Virus record (IMG/VR): IMGVR_UViG_3300034082_001076
Span: 1 to 43,679 of that record
DNA from: a virus
Taxonomy: Duplodnaviria; Caudoviricetes
Strand: one strand, 5' to 3'
DNA length: 43,679 bases
A program made the translations under genes and the position numbers. Numbering within the stretch: the first letter of the stretch is position 1; each line of letters starts with the position of its first letter. The notes beneath the pieces are model-generated. The model worked only from the letters and a program-made list of their open reading frames with translations. It did not search any database and was not told where the DNA came from. This document shows, piece by piece, positions 8,726-16,788 of this stretch.

Positions 8726-9748
8726 TTAAGCGTTACGACCTGGAGCGCCGTTTAACGGACTCTTTACAACACCAACGCTAGTTTGTCCAGCTTTGTCGCC
8801 TGAACCAGAACCAACTGGACCAGGAGTCTTGCTGTTTTGTGCAACTTTTGTTAGACCTTTAACGCTTACTTTTCCACCTGGAACATTTTGGTTACCAGTA
8901 TTCATTGCTTGAGGGTTCTTTAAGAAACCGCCAACTTTAGCATTAGGGCTTGTACCTGTACCTGAATCGCTAGCAGACTTCATGTCGCCAAGGATGTTGT
9001 GTGCAGTTGCGCCTGTTGTAGGCTTGCCTTTACCAGAACTAACTGGGCTTTTATTGCTGTCAACACTAGTTTGACCAGCTTTGTCGCCTTTACCAGAACC
9101 AACTGGGCCTGGAGATTTCATAGTATTACCTTTGTCCCAGTTCATGCCTACGGTTTCAACGTATTCACGCATTGGCTGGCCCATACTTTCATCTTTGTCG
9201 TCAAATTCTTCGTCGTCTTTTTCCATGTCATGGTCATCCATGTCATGGTCGCCATCGTCGTCGTTATCACCAAATTCTGGCTCAGCGGCTGTGTCGCCTG
9301 CTCCACCATTCTTAGCTACGATATTTTCAAATTCGCTCTTTAATTGAGATAGGATGTCTAGGATCTGTTCTTCACCAGAACTTACTTCACCTTCGTCTCC
9401 TGCTGGATCTTGTACATCAGCTGGTAAGCTGTCGGCTGGATCATTGTCACCACCGATAGACATAGAACTTTCTTCGTCGCCTGGCTCGCCAACTTGTTCT
9501 TCGTCATCCATACCAAAGCCTTCTTCTACGGCTTCGTCTTCTAAATCATCAGCTTCTTCAACTGGATCATCTTCTGAATCATCAGTTTCTTCAACTGATT
9601 CTTCTTCGTAATCATCTGATTCCTCAGCGATCATGTTTTCATATATTTCTCTAGATTTCTCTACAACGATTTCATGGAATAAATCATTTGCCTTGTCCAT
9701 TTCCTCGTTGACAAGATAATCTAGAAGTTGTTCAAACTTTTTAGACAT
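8726..9748 (-). CDS. Acidic prohead core/internal protein (gp67/gp68 position), 340 aa
   Basis: Very Asp/Glu-rich N-half and Gly/Lys-rich C-half; located between portal and protease; AAGGAG SD. Confidence 0.7.
   Translation of the reverse strand: MSKKFEQLLDYLVNEEMDKANDLFHEIVVEKSREIYENMIAEESDDYEEESVEETDDSEDDPVEEADDLEDEAVEEGFGMDDEEQVGEPGDEESSMSIGGDNDPADSLPADVQDPAGDEGEVSSGEEQILDILSQLKSEFENIVAKNGGAGDTAAEPEFGDNDDDGDHDMDDHDMEKDDEEFDDKDESMGQPMREYVETVGMNWDKGNTMKSPGPVGSGKGDKAGQTSVDSNKSPVSSGKGKPTTGATAHNILGDMKSASDSGTGTSPNAKVGGFLKNPQAMNTGNQNVPGGKVSVKGLTKVAQNSKTPGPVGSGSGDKAGQTSVGVVKSPLNGAPGRNA
8774..9114. repeat. Intragenic direct repeat, two ~50-bp copies (8774-8826 and 9062-9114)
   Basis: Both copies encode PGPVGSG(S/K)GDKAGQTSV. 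Confidence 0.85.
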
Positions 9749-9789
9749 TGCGGGTTCTCCTTAATTAGATGCGGCAAGGCTGTCGTGTA

Positions 9790-9795
9790 TATTTA
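9790..9795 (-). promoter_or_regulatory. Late promoter core TAAATA for the head operon
   Basis: Upstream of the 9748 start; flanked by a GGCTGT/ACAGCC inverted repeat. Confidence 0.65.
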
Positions 9796-9930
9796 CAGCC
9801 AAGATGATATACTTATATGAAATAGGCCAAAAACGGTCGTTTCTGACAAAAGATTGGATTATTTTGAATCCAAATAACAAAATTCTTTGAAAAAATATTT
9901 AATTTTTGCATCTAAAAGTTAAATTAGTTA

Positions 9931-10170
9931 TTATTCTGTCGGCTCTGCCGGAATAGCATACATAATTCTAACTAGTTCTAAATCTTCCCTAGTCTCAACT
10001 TCTCGAGCGTCTCCTGCTTTTCTCAAGTTGTTTAACATCTTAAGAGTCAGTCTACTTTTTCTATTGTCTTTATCGGTTATTACACTAGTATCGTGGTTGG
10101 GATCGTAGCGGTCATTGTTCTTCATGCCTGCTTGATCTTTTTCAAAATATATAAACTCTTGTAATAACAT
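9931..10170 (-). CDS. Hypothetical head-module protein (79 aa; start revised from 10224 to ATG 10170)
   Basis: MLLQEFIYFEK...RKSRLTLKMLNNLRK. The revised start avoids overlap with the portal gene and lies 5 nt after TAAATA (10176-10181). Confidence 0.75.
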   Translation of the reverse strand: MLLQEFIYFEKDQAGMKNNDRYDPNHDTSVITDKDNRKSRLTLKMLNNLRKAGDAREVETREDLELVRIMYAIPAEPTE

Positions 10171-10186
10171 GTTTATATTTACCAAA

Positions 10187-11920
10187 TTATAAAGGTGCGG
10201 CGCCGCCCGGACTGCCACCACCACCTACAGGACTCATACCAGATGGCATTTCCCCATCTGGATTCATCCCGTCTTCACCTTCCATATCGTCGGGCGGAGT
10301 AGTTGCTCCAGACATTCCGTCGATATCTCCAGCGATTCCGCTTGCAGTAATACCTGCAGAACGTAATTCTGCACTTGCATTTAAGTTTGTGCCTTGATCT
10401 AAGTTCTCATCACGCCACATTTTTTCGTTTTCTGCAATTTCTTCTGTAGTTAATCCTAAGAAACGCTTCATAGCAAAACGTTTTGACATGAATGGAACTT
10501 CTACCATACTGGCAAATGTGCCTACACGAGCAGTATCCATTTCTGCTTGACGGTATGCAGCAAAGTTTTGAGGTGGATTAAACTTGATATCAAATAGATT
10601 GTTATCAACGTTGATACCTTTAGTGTGCAAGTACAGTTTGAATTCAGTATCAAACTGTTCGTGCATTAAACTTTGGAGACGCTCACAGTACTTGTTGAAT
10701 CGTAATTCTTGGATGTAGGCTGTTCCAACTCGACCATCATTAAACGAAGATCCTCCGTCGTCGGCACCAGTAGGTAGATAACTGCTAGGTATGCGTAAAG
10801 CCCTAAACAGCTTATTAGTAAAATATCTAAGATCATCAATTTCTCCTAGGTTTGTACCGCCAGGTAAAATTTCAACTTTAGATCCACGACCTTCAGCTGT
10901 TTGAGGAAAGAAATAATCTTCATTAATGCTCAACGGGTTGTATGCAGCATCAATAACGTTTTGCCCGCCACCTACACTGCTGGGAATTCGACGTTGATTA
11001 ATTTCATTTTTAACACGCTCAACAAATCCCATAGCCAAATGGCTTGGCATATTGCCCACGTCGATATAGAACACTCTACGCTCAGGCGCACGTTGTACAC
11101 GATAGATAATAATAGCATCTTCAAGCAGTTCTTTTTGCTTGTATACTTTGAAAATAGTTTCCATTAAGCTGTTGCCAAATGGGAAGTTATTATCGATACC
11201 TTCGCTCATGCTGATGTGAATCACATGTCTAGCGTCAATTGTAAATTGATTTGCGTTTTGTTGAAATCTACTGGTATTGGCATTGTTGGCCATGCCGCCA
11301 ACCATACCTTTTTGCTGTGCGCCGCCGCCTGTGTAGGCAGTTCCGCCCGGAGTAACATTAGTATTAGTAGGATTAATCTGAGTTACAGTTAGATTTTGAA
11401 AGTTAACATTGAGATCACGGATAACATATTGTTCAGGTTTTTTACCTTCACTTTCGTTGACAATGACTTTATCTACTTTGCTAGGATCAATGTACATCCA
11501 TTTTTGTGTTTCTGGATCACGAATAAAAAATACATCGCCGTACTTGAATGCATTTCTAACAATCTTAAAAATTCTAATTTGAAATTTATTTGCTTTAGTC
11601 CACTGTTGTAGATACTTTTTAATGATCTTAACTTCAGTAGATGTAGATTGGTCTTTGAAGAAAACTTGAAACGGTGTTCCGTTTTCATCATTCATCTGCG
11701 TACAGAATTCTGCTAAGATATCAAAGGCAGCATTGACTTCACTGTCGGTATCCATAGAATCGTACTGACCGTAGCGTTCTAATCTGTTTGGGTGACCTGA
11801 ATAAACATCCGGAAGATAACTGCTGTAGTTTGTTCTAGACATGTTAGGTCTATTGCCACTAGACAGCGGGCTCATTTGGCCTGTTGTATTAACGGGATTA
11901 AAATATCTTTTCCAACTCAC
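10187..11920 (-). CDS. gp20: Portal vertex protein (gp20-like)
   Basis: EDAIIIYRVQRAPERRVFYIDVGNMP, EDYFFP, LPGGTNLGEIDDLRYF and LRIPSS motifs. Confidence 0.97.
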   Translation of the reverse strand: MSWKRYFNPVNTTGQMSPLSSGNRPNMSRTNYSSYLPDVYSGHPNRLERYGQYDSMDTDSEVNAAFDILAEFCTQMNDENGTPFQVFFKDQSTSTEVKIIKKYLQQWTKANKFQIRIFKIVRNAFKYGDVFFIRDPETQKWMYIDPSKVDKVIVNESEGKKPEQYVIRDLNVNFQNLTVTQINPTNTNVTPGGTAYTGGGAQQKGMVGGMANNANTSRFQQNANQFTIDARHVIHISMSEGIDNNFPFGNSLMETIFKVYKQKELLEDAIIIYRVQRAPERRVFYIDVGNMPSHLAMGFVERVKNEINQRRIPSSVGGGQNVIDAAYNPLSINEDYFFPQTAEGRGSKVEILPGGTNLGEIDDLRYFTNKLFRALRIPSSYLPTGADDGGSSFNDGRVGTAYIQELRFNKYCERLQSLMHEQFDTEFKLYLHTKGINVDNNLFDIKFNPPQNFAAYRQAEMDTARVGTFASMVEVPFMSKRFAMKRFLGLTTEEIAENEKMWRDENLDQGTNLNASAELRSAGITASGIAGDIDGMSGATTPPDDMEGEDGMNPDGEMPSGMSPVGGGGSPGGAAPL

Positions 11921-11935
11921 TTGGTTACTCCGGAA

Positions 11936-13981
11936 TTATGCAAAAGCATTTCCACTTAGACTTTCAGTTGCTTGAACATTCCTTCTGGAATTTTCTGCAA
12001 CTTGCCTCATCTGGTATACTAACTCTGCTTGTGTGTTATTTAACTGACTTATCAGCTCTTTGAGATTATTTCCGGTGCCAGCAGCCATTAGTTGATTGAT
12101 TTGAGACGGTGTAAAAACTCCTTCAGTGCCGTGAGCAACAATAGAAGTCCCGGATCCAAAATTCTCAAAAGCCGACCCCACAGTTCCCCAAGATCCTGCG
12201 CTTCGACCGGTAGGAATTTGTTGAACTGCCGGGCTTTGTTGTTGCGGCCTTGCTGCCGGATTAACCGTATTGGCTTCCATGCCCAGCGCCCTCATTGCCC
12301 AATAAGTTGGTAAAAATTTATTAATAGCATTTAAGTTATTCTGTAAACCAGTATTACCAGTACTTTGATCTAACACCGTTTCGCCTAACTTTTGTGCAAT
12401 GGTACTAATTAGTTCTGCCAAAGAATCTCCAATTTTACTTAAAATTCTAGATCGACCATCTTCACTGAATAAATTTTCAATAAACCATTTTATTTTTTCC
12501 CCAACTTCGGGTAATTTTTGTCCTACAAACTTAATAATTTCTGTAACTAACGGCAATAATGGTTTTAATGCAGTGAATAGTTGTAACCCTAAAGTTTTCA
12601 TAGCTTGCTGCATTTCTCTCATTGCAGCAACTTCGCTGTCGGCTGCATCGGCTGCTTCTTTTGCTTTTCTTCGTTCTTCTTCAAATCGTCTTACGTTTTC
12701 TTCTACACTAAGATTCAATTGTCCTTGACTGTTTGTTAACGTTTGATAATTTTTAGCATGAGCTCCCATTTGAGCTCCTAATGGATCTCCAGCAGCCTGT
12801 AGTGCTTGAAAAAGAGTTGCATTTTGTTGATATCCTCTTGCAGATTGTGTCTGTGCCAATGCCATGTTTCTTGTGGAAGTTGCAAAATATTCTTGAGATG
12901 ATACTGTTCTATCATTTGCTCGTTTTGCATCTTTAGTTATAGTGTCTGCTAAATCACCCATTAATGCAGTAGTCATTTGTCCTGCTTCGCCCTGTACAGC
13001 AATGCCTTGGGCAGCAGCTTTGAAAATATCAGACCCTGCTTTTCCGGCAACTGTTGAATATTTTTGTAAACCGTCAGTTAGTTTATCTCTTGTTGCTTGA
13101 TCTTTAGATGCTAAAAATGCTTGCCAGTTTGCTTCTGCTGCTTCTTCTTCTAATTTTTTCTGTAATGATTCTCTTGATTCGCCAGTTAGTCTTGCTAAGA
13201 AATCTAATTCTTTTCCGTATCTAGCAGAAGCCGATGCTAATCCTGCTTGATCATTTAATGCTTGTTTAGATATTCCTCCAGTAGTTTTAGCATACTGTAG
13301 AATAGTATTATTTGCTTCTTGAGCAGTAAATCCAAGATTTAATAGTTCTTGAGTTAACCCGCCGTCTTTCATAGCTTTGGCAATTCCGTCAAAATTCTTC
13401 TTACCTAAACTGGCAGACCCGCCCATTTGTACTAATGTTTCCGAACTATCTTTTAATATTTGAGTATATTCTTGTAATGACAGACCTGTAGAAAATGCGT
13501 CAATTCTTAATTGACTCAAACTACCACCTAGATTAATACCATTTTGTGATAACGAACTAAAACTATCAAGAGCTTCTTCTTGTAACTTTACTAATCCTGC
13601 AAATAAACTTGCAACAGTTCCTACAATAGGAAGATCCTTAAATGCTGCAAAAAAATCACTAACCTTTGCAGTTCCCGCCATGGCGGCATGACCAAAATTT
13701 ATCAAATTGCCAGCAGTGCCCATTACTCCTGTTGTTAGATCAGCTAAGGCTGATCCTACCACACTACCTGCTTTACTCATTTTAGATGTTGATTTTGCAG
13801 TTTCTTCTGCAGAGTCACCTAATGCTTTTAATTTAGATTCTGCACTGGCAATAACTTTAGGATCAAGGCCTGATGCTTTTGCAATTTTAGCAAAGGCCGC
13901 GGCTTGTTCTTTGCCTTGTTGTTGATGCAATTTCAGCAAACTTTGGAGTAACTGCTCCATTACAGCGGTATCAATAGCCAT
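11936..13981 (-). CDS. Tape-measure-like / baseplate hub protein (681 aa)
   Basis: Long Ala/Gln/Lys-rich helical protein with a C-terminal AHGTEGVFTP motif; divergent from the gp26-like gene. Confidence 0.65.
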   Translation of the reverse strand: MAIDTAVMEQLLQSLLKLHQQQGKEQAAAFAKIAKASGLDPKVIASAESKLKALGDSAEETAKSTSKMSKAGSVVGSALADLTTGVMGTAGNLINFGHAAMAGTAKVSDFFAAFKDLPIVGTVASLFAGLVKLQEEALDSFSSLSQNGINLGGSLSQLRIDAFSTGLSLQEYTQILKDSSETLVQMGGSASLGKKNFDGIAKAMKDGGLTQELLNLGFTAQEANNTILQYAKTTGGISKQALNDQAGLASASARYGKELDFLARLTGESRESLQKKLEEEAAEANWQAFLASKDQATRDKLTDGLQKYSTVAGKAGSDIFKAAAQGIAVQGEAGQMTTALMGDLADTITKDAKRANDRTVSSQEYFATSTRNMALAQTQSARGYQQNATLFQALQAAGDPLGAQMGAHAKNYQTLTNSQGQLNLSVEENVRRFEEERRKAKEAADAADSEVAAMREMQQAMKTLGLQLFTALKPLLPLVTEIIKFVGQKLPEVGEKIKWFIENLFSEDGRSRILSKIGDSLAELISTIAQKLGETVLDQSTGNTGLQNNLNAINKFLPTYWAMRALGMEANTVNPAARPQQQSPAVQQIPTGRSAGSWGTVGSAFENFGSGTSIVAHGTEGVFTPSQINQLMAAGTGNNLKELISQLNNTQAELVYQMRQVAENSRRNVQATESLSGNAFA

Positions 13982-14007
13982 TGTTATTTTTCCTAATTAA
14001 ATGCATA

Positions 14008-14015
14008 TATAAATA
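14008..14015 (+). promoter_or_regulatory. T4-type late promoter TATAAATA (gp26-like gene)
   Basis: Exact consensus upstream of the 14058 start. Confidence 0.8.
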
Positions 14016-14037
14016 AGTCACCAGCATTACAGAAACT

Positions 14038-14043
14038 TATTTA
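14038..14043 (-). promoter_or_regulatory. Late promoter core TAAATA (tape measure/portal operon)
   Basis: Minus-strand TAAATA 56 nt upstream of the 13981 start. Confidence 0.65.
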
Positions 14044-14057
14044 TCGGAGTTAATACC

Positions 14058-14924
14058 ATGGAAAATACCCTACCAAAACAAAGAGTTAATCCTCTTGCAA
14101 GCCTAATGAGGCAACCAAAAATTTCTATCAAACTTCCCAGTAAGGGCAGATTCTGGGCCGATGGTAGTTTAGATATGTCTCCAAATAGTGAATATGCAGT
14201 ATACTCAATGACTGCTAGAGATGAATTATTATTAAAAACGCCCGATGCACTAATGAATGGGCAAGCTGTAGTTGATGTAATTCAAAACTGTGTTCCAGCA
14301 ATTAAGAATGCATGGGAAATTCCAAGTATTGATCTTGATGTAGTATTGATTGCAATTCGACTAGCTACCTACGGTGAGATGATGGAAACTTCTATCACCA
14401 TCGGTGAAGAAGAAATGAACTACAATGTTGACTTAAGACAACTATTAGACACACTTTACGAAACAATTACCTGGGAAGAACGAATTAATGTTGGCACAGA
14501 ACTAGCGTTATATATCAAACCAGTTAACTATCATACTATTAGCAAGACTAGTATTCAAAATTTTGAAACACAGAAATTAATGAATCTAGTTAACAATTCG
14601 GAGTTATCCGAGGAACAAAAAGTTGACACCTTTAGAGATAGTTTCAAAAAATTGACAGATATCACTGTAGGAATTATCAATAGTTCAGTATATAGAATAG
14701 AGAGTTCTGCAGGAACAACAGAAATTTCAGAGGACATTGCTGAATTTATGGAGAATTGCGATAAAAGTGTATACGATGCAGTCAAAGATAGATTAGACAA
14801 TTTAAGAAAAACTAACAGTCTAAAGCCAGTTAAAGTTCGAGCAACTCAAGAAATGATTGACAACGGTTCAGAAGAAGAACTCGAAGTTCCACTAACATTT
14901 GATCCTGCAAATTTTTTCGAATGA
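14058..14924 (+). CDS. gp26: Baseplate hub assembly protein (gp26-like)
   Basis: IKLPSKG, MTARDELLLKTPDAL, IDLDVVLIAIRLATYGE and C-terminal FDPANFF are typical of gp26-family proteins. Confidence 0.8.
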   Translation: MENTLPKQRVNPLASLMRQPKISIKLPSKGRFWADGSLDMSPNSEYAVYSMTARDELLLKTPDALMNGQAVVDVIQNCVPAIKNAWEIPSIDLDVVLIAIRLATYGEMMETSITIGEEEMNYNVDLRQLLDTLYETITWEERINVGTELALYIKPVNYHTISKTSIQNFETQKLMNLVNNSELSEEQKVDTFRDSFKKLTDITVGIINSSVYRIESSAGTTEISEDIAEFMENCDKSVYDAVKDRLDNLRKTNSLKPVKVRATQEMIDNGSEEELEVPLTFDPANFFE

Positions 14925-15148
14925 GGCTCTTATCTTTGTCGCTAGACGAGATAACTCAACTAGCAACTAAAATGGAAAAAGAGATAAGGGCCATAAAAGA
15001 TGAACTTTTTAAGATGTGTTGGTTTATGCGCGGTGGCATAACGCTGTCAGAAATATACTGCACCGATTATGATGATCGGGAAGTCATTTCCAAGTTGATC
15101 GAATCTAATTTAGAAACAACTAACAAAACTAAATTACCGTTCTTTTAA
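14921..15148 (+). CDS. Small baseplate hub assembly protein (gp51-like), 75 aa
   Basis: Coupled to the gp26-like gene (ATGA overlap); WFMRGGITLSE...DREVI pattern. Confidence 0.6.
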   Translation: MRLLSLSLDEITQLATKMEKEIRAIKDELFKMCWFMRGGITLSEIYCTDYDDREVISKLIESNLETTNKTKLPFF

Positions 15149-15886
15149 TTATAGTGCAATACCCAGGAACTTGCTAACAAACGGTTGACTGATACTTTCG
15201 TTTGTTCCGCTAGCTAGTCTGTCTTGATCGTCAATTATATCCAACTGATCACGTAATGCTGCCCGTTCTTTTGGATCTAAAGTTGAATACATTTTCTTAA
15301 ATCCATCTAATGTTGTAGGAGTCGGACCAGTCATTGTCGGCGGCGCAACAGGTTTAGTAGTAGCTTGTGGAGCAGGCGCTGCTGGTTGCTCAGGCGCTGC
15401 TGGTTGCTCAGGCGCTGCTGGTTCCGGAGTAGCATCACCAGTAGGTTCAACTTGTTGACGACTCCTGCCCTGTTGTGCAGCCACTATTTTAGCATAATTT
15501 TTTCTAACTGCATCTTTGATAATCTTATCAATTTGCATGTTATTCAATCCACCTGCTACTGCTTCCATAGTAGGATCTATTCTTTCAGGAGGAGTTGCTA
15601 CACTTGGTGCACCGCCTGCTGGATTAGGAATAGTGTCCAAATCACTTAGACCTAAATCTTCTAAGAAGTCAATTAAGTTTTGGTATGTAGGTTCCATGCC
15701 ACCCCCTACCATCTGTTGAAACTCAGCTCTAATATTATCAGCAATACGCCCTGCATGAGACGCACCCTTTGATTGCAACTTTGATGCTTGCCTATTGGAT
15801 CGCATTTTATTCAGAGCTCCGCCAATATTTTTAAGTATTCCTAACTCATTAACTTGAGTTTCATTTAATAGATCATTGAATTTCAT
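15149..15886 (-). CDS. Hypothetical late protein, probably an internal head protein (245 aa)
   Basis: Late promoter and AGGA SD; N-terminal MKFNDLLNE...VNE; PEQPAA repeats. Confidence 0.7.
   Translation of the reverse strand: MKFNDLLNETQVNELGILKNIGGALNKMRSNRQASKLQSKGASHAGRIADNIRAEFQQMVGGGMEPTYQNLIDFLEDLGLSDLDTIPNPAGGAPSVATPPERIDPTMEAVAGGLNNMQIDKIIKDAVRKNYAKIVAAQQGRSRQQVEPTGDATPEPAAPEQPAAPEQPAAPAPQATTKPVAPPTMTGPTPTTLDGFKKMYSTLDPKERAALRDQLDIIDDQDRLASGTNESISQPFVSKFLGIAL
15373..15423. repeat. 18-bp tandem repeat, ~2.8 copies (encodes PEQPAA)
   Basis: caggcgctgctggttgct starting at 15373, 15391 and 15409 (partial). Confidence 0.9.
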
Positions 15887-15912
15887 TATGTTATTCCTGA
15901 CAACAGTTTATA

Positions 15913-15920
15913 TATTTATA
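15913..15920 (-). promoter_or_regulatory. T4-type late promoter TATAAATA
   Basis: Exact consensus 26 nt upstream of the 15886 start. Confidence 0.8.
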
Positions 15921-16359
15921 GTGAGCAGACGCTCACTTGCTTCTGCGCTATCGCTTGAAGCAATTTTTATATCATGGGCGATTAAATATTATCTAGATCG
16001 TTCAGTCACACTTTGCCCAAGCTGGGCAAAGAAATTGAACATTATCTGAGTCGAACATGTATCACTTAGTGTTAGAGCAGTTACAGTGGCGGTTGATCGG
16101 TACCACGAGCTCCGTCTTTATACAACGGCAGCATATGAATATACACTAACATATTCATATACTTGGGGTTTTTCTCCCCTCCTTTTGCCTTTTTTCTTAC
16201 TTCAAACAACCATACCGCGGCGAATTTGCGATTTACGTCCTGTAAAGGATAGTGGTTGAGTACTCTTAGCGGCAAGAGATTTCCATCCCTGTGACACGAT
16301 GTCCAGGTTCAGGGCGTCCGATGTTAGCCGACGCTTGCTTGTGTACCGCTTAAGGTGCC
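15921..16359 (-). ncRNA. Candidate large structured non-coding RNA downstream of the GIY-YIG gene
   Basis: Longest intergenic tract in the window, with about ten helices and two loop-to-distal complementarities (see findings). Strand inferred from the flanking genes; family not recognised. Confidence 0.65.
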
Positions 16360-16788
16360 TTAAATTTTTGTTTTAATGTGTGAGCCATGTACACGGACTT
16401 GTATATGTCCGTTATAGTATTCATCGGATTCTAATACTTTGCGGTCGAATTGTTCGCGGGCCTCAACGTAAGATGTTTCTGCTTTACTTTTACAATAATA
16501 GAGAATTTCTCTTGTGAATTTATCTTTGCCTAAAGCGTCTATGTCTTTAGATAGTTCAACGCTGGACCCGTAATATTCCTGCCAGTCGCTGTCAATTTTA
16601 CTTCTAATTTTCTTTTTCTTCTTAGTGCCGTTCTTCAACTTTACAGTCTTGTAGGTCGTTTTACTAAATTTTGCTAATTTTTTGCCAATGTATTGGCGCC
16701 CTGAAACTGTATTGGTAATGCAATATACAAAACCGATACAATCATCAGGTAGTTCATTAACTATAGAGTCTTTATAGACCCAAGTCAA
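16360..16788 (-). CDS. Short GIY-YIG (Seg-like) endonuclease, catalytic domain only (142 aa)
   Basis: GFVYCITN...RQYIGKK (GIY-YIG motif), YYGSS, FTREIL, conserved Glu (VEAREQ) and YYN; Lys-rich insert. Confidence 0.85.
   Translation of the reverse strand: MTWVYKDSIVNELPDDCIGFVYCITNTVSGRQYIGKKLAKFSKTTYKTVKLKNGTKKKKKIRSKIDSDWQEYYGSSVELSKDIDALGKDKFTREILYYCKSKAETSYVEAREQFDRKVLESDEYYNGHIQVRVHGSHIKTKI

Noticed and set aside
15373-15423. Repeats as a CRISPR or guide array
   Set aside because: Contiguous in-frame 18-bp coding repeats without spacers; no repeat-spacer array was seen in the window.
2850-15719. Many short antisense or out-of-frame ORFs inside structural genes (e.g. 4015-4389, 6993-7352, 9081-9611, 12399-12728, 15365-15719)
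   Set aside because: They overlap confidently assigned genes, lack SD or promoter support, and their composition mirrors the sense-strand codon bias.
16030-16110. Possible tRNA or tmRNA suggested by GTTCGACTC
   Set aside because: No 5-bp T-stem, acceptor stem or CCA end could be built around it.
16081-16275. 64-aa minus-strand ORF inside the structured tract
   Set aside because: Non-ATG start, no clear SD, no recognisable motif; the dense base pairing is better explained by RNA structure. A small peptide cannot be fully excluded.
15921-16788. Group I intron carrying a GIY-YIG homing endonuclease
   Set aside because: Flanking genes appear intact with their own starts and stops, and I could not find P7 (R/S) core sequences by eye. 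A covariance-model search is needed to exclude it formally.
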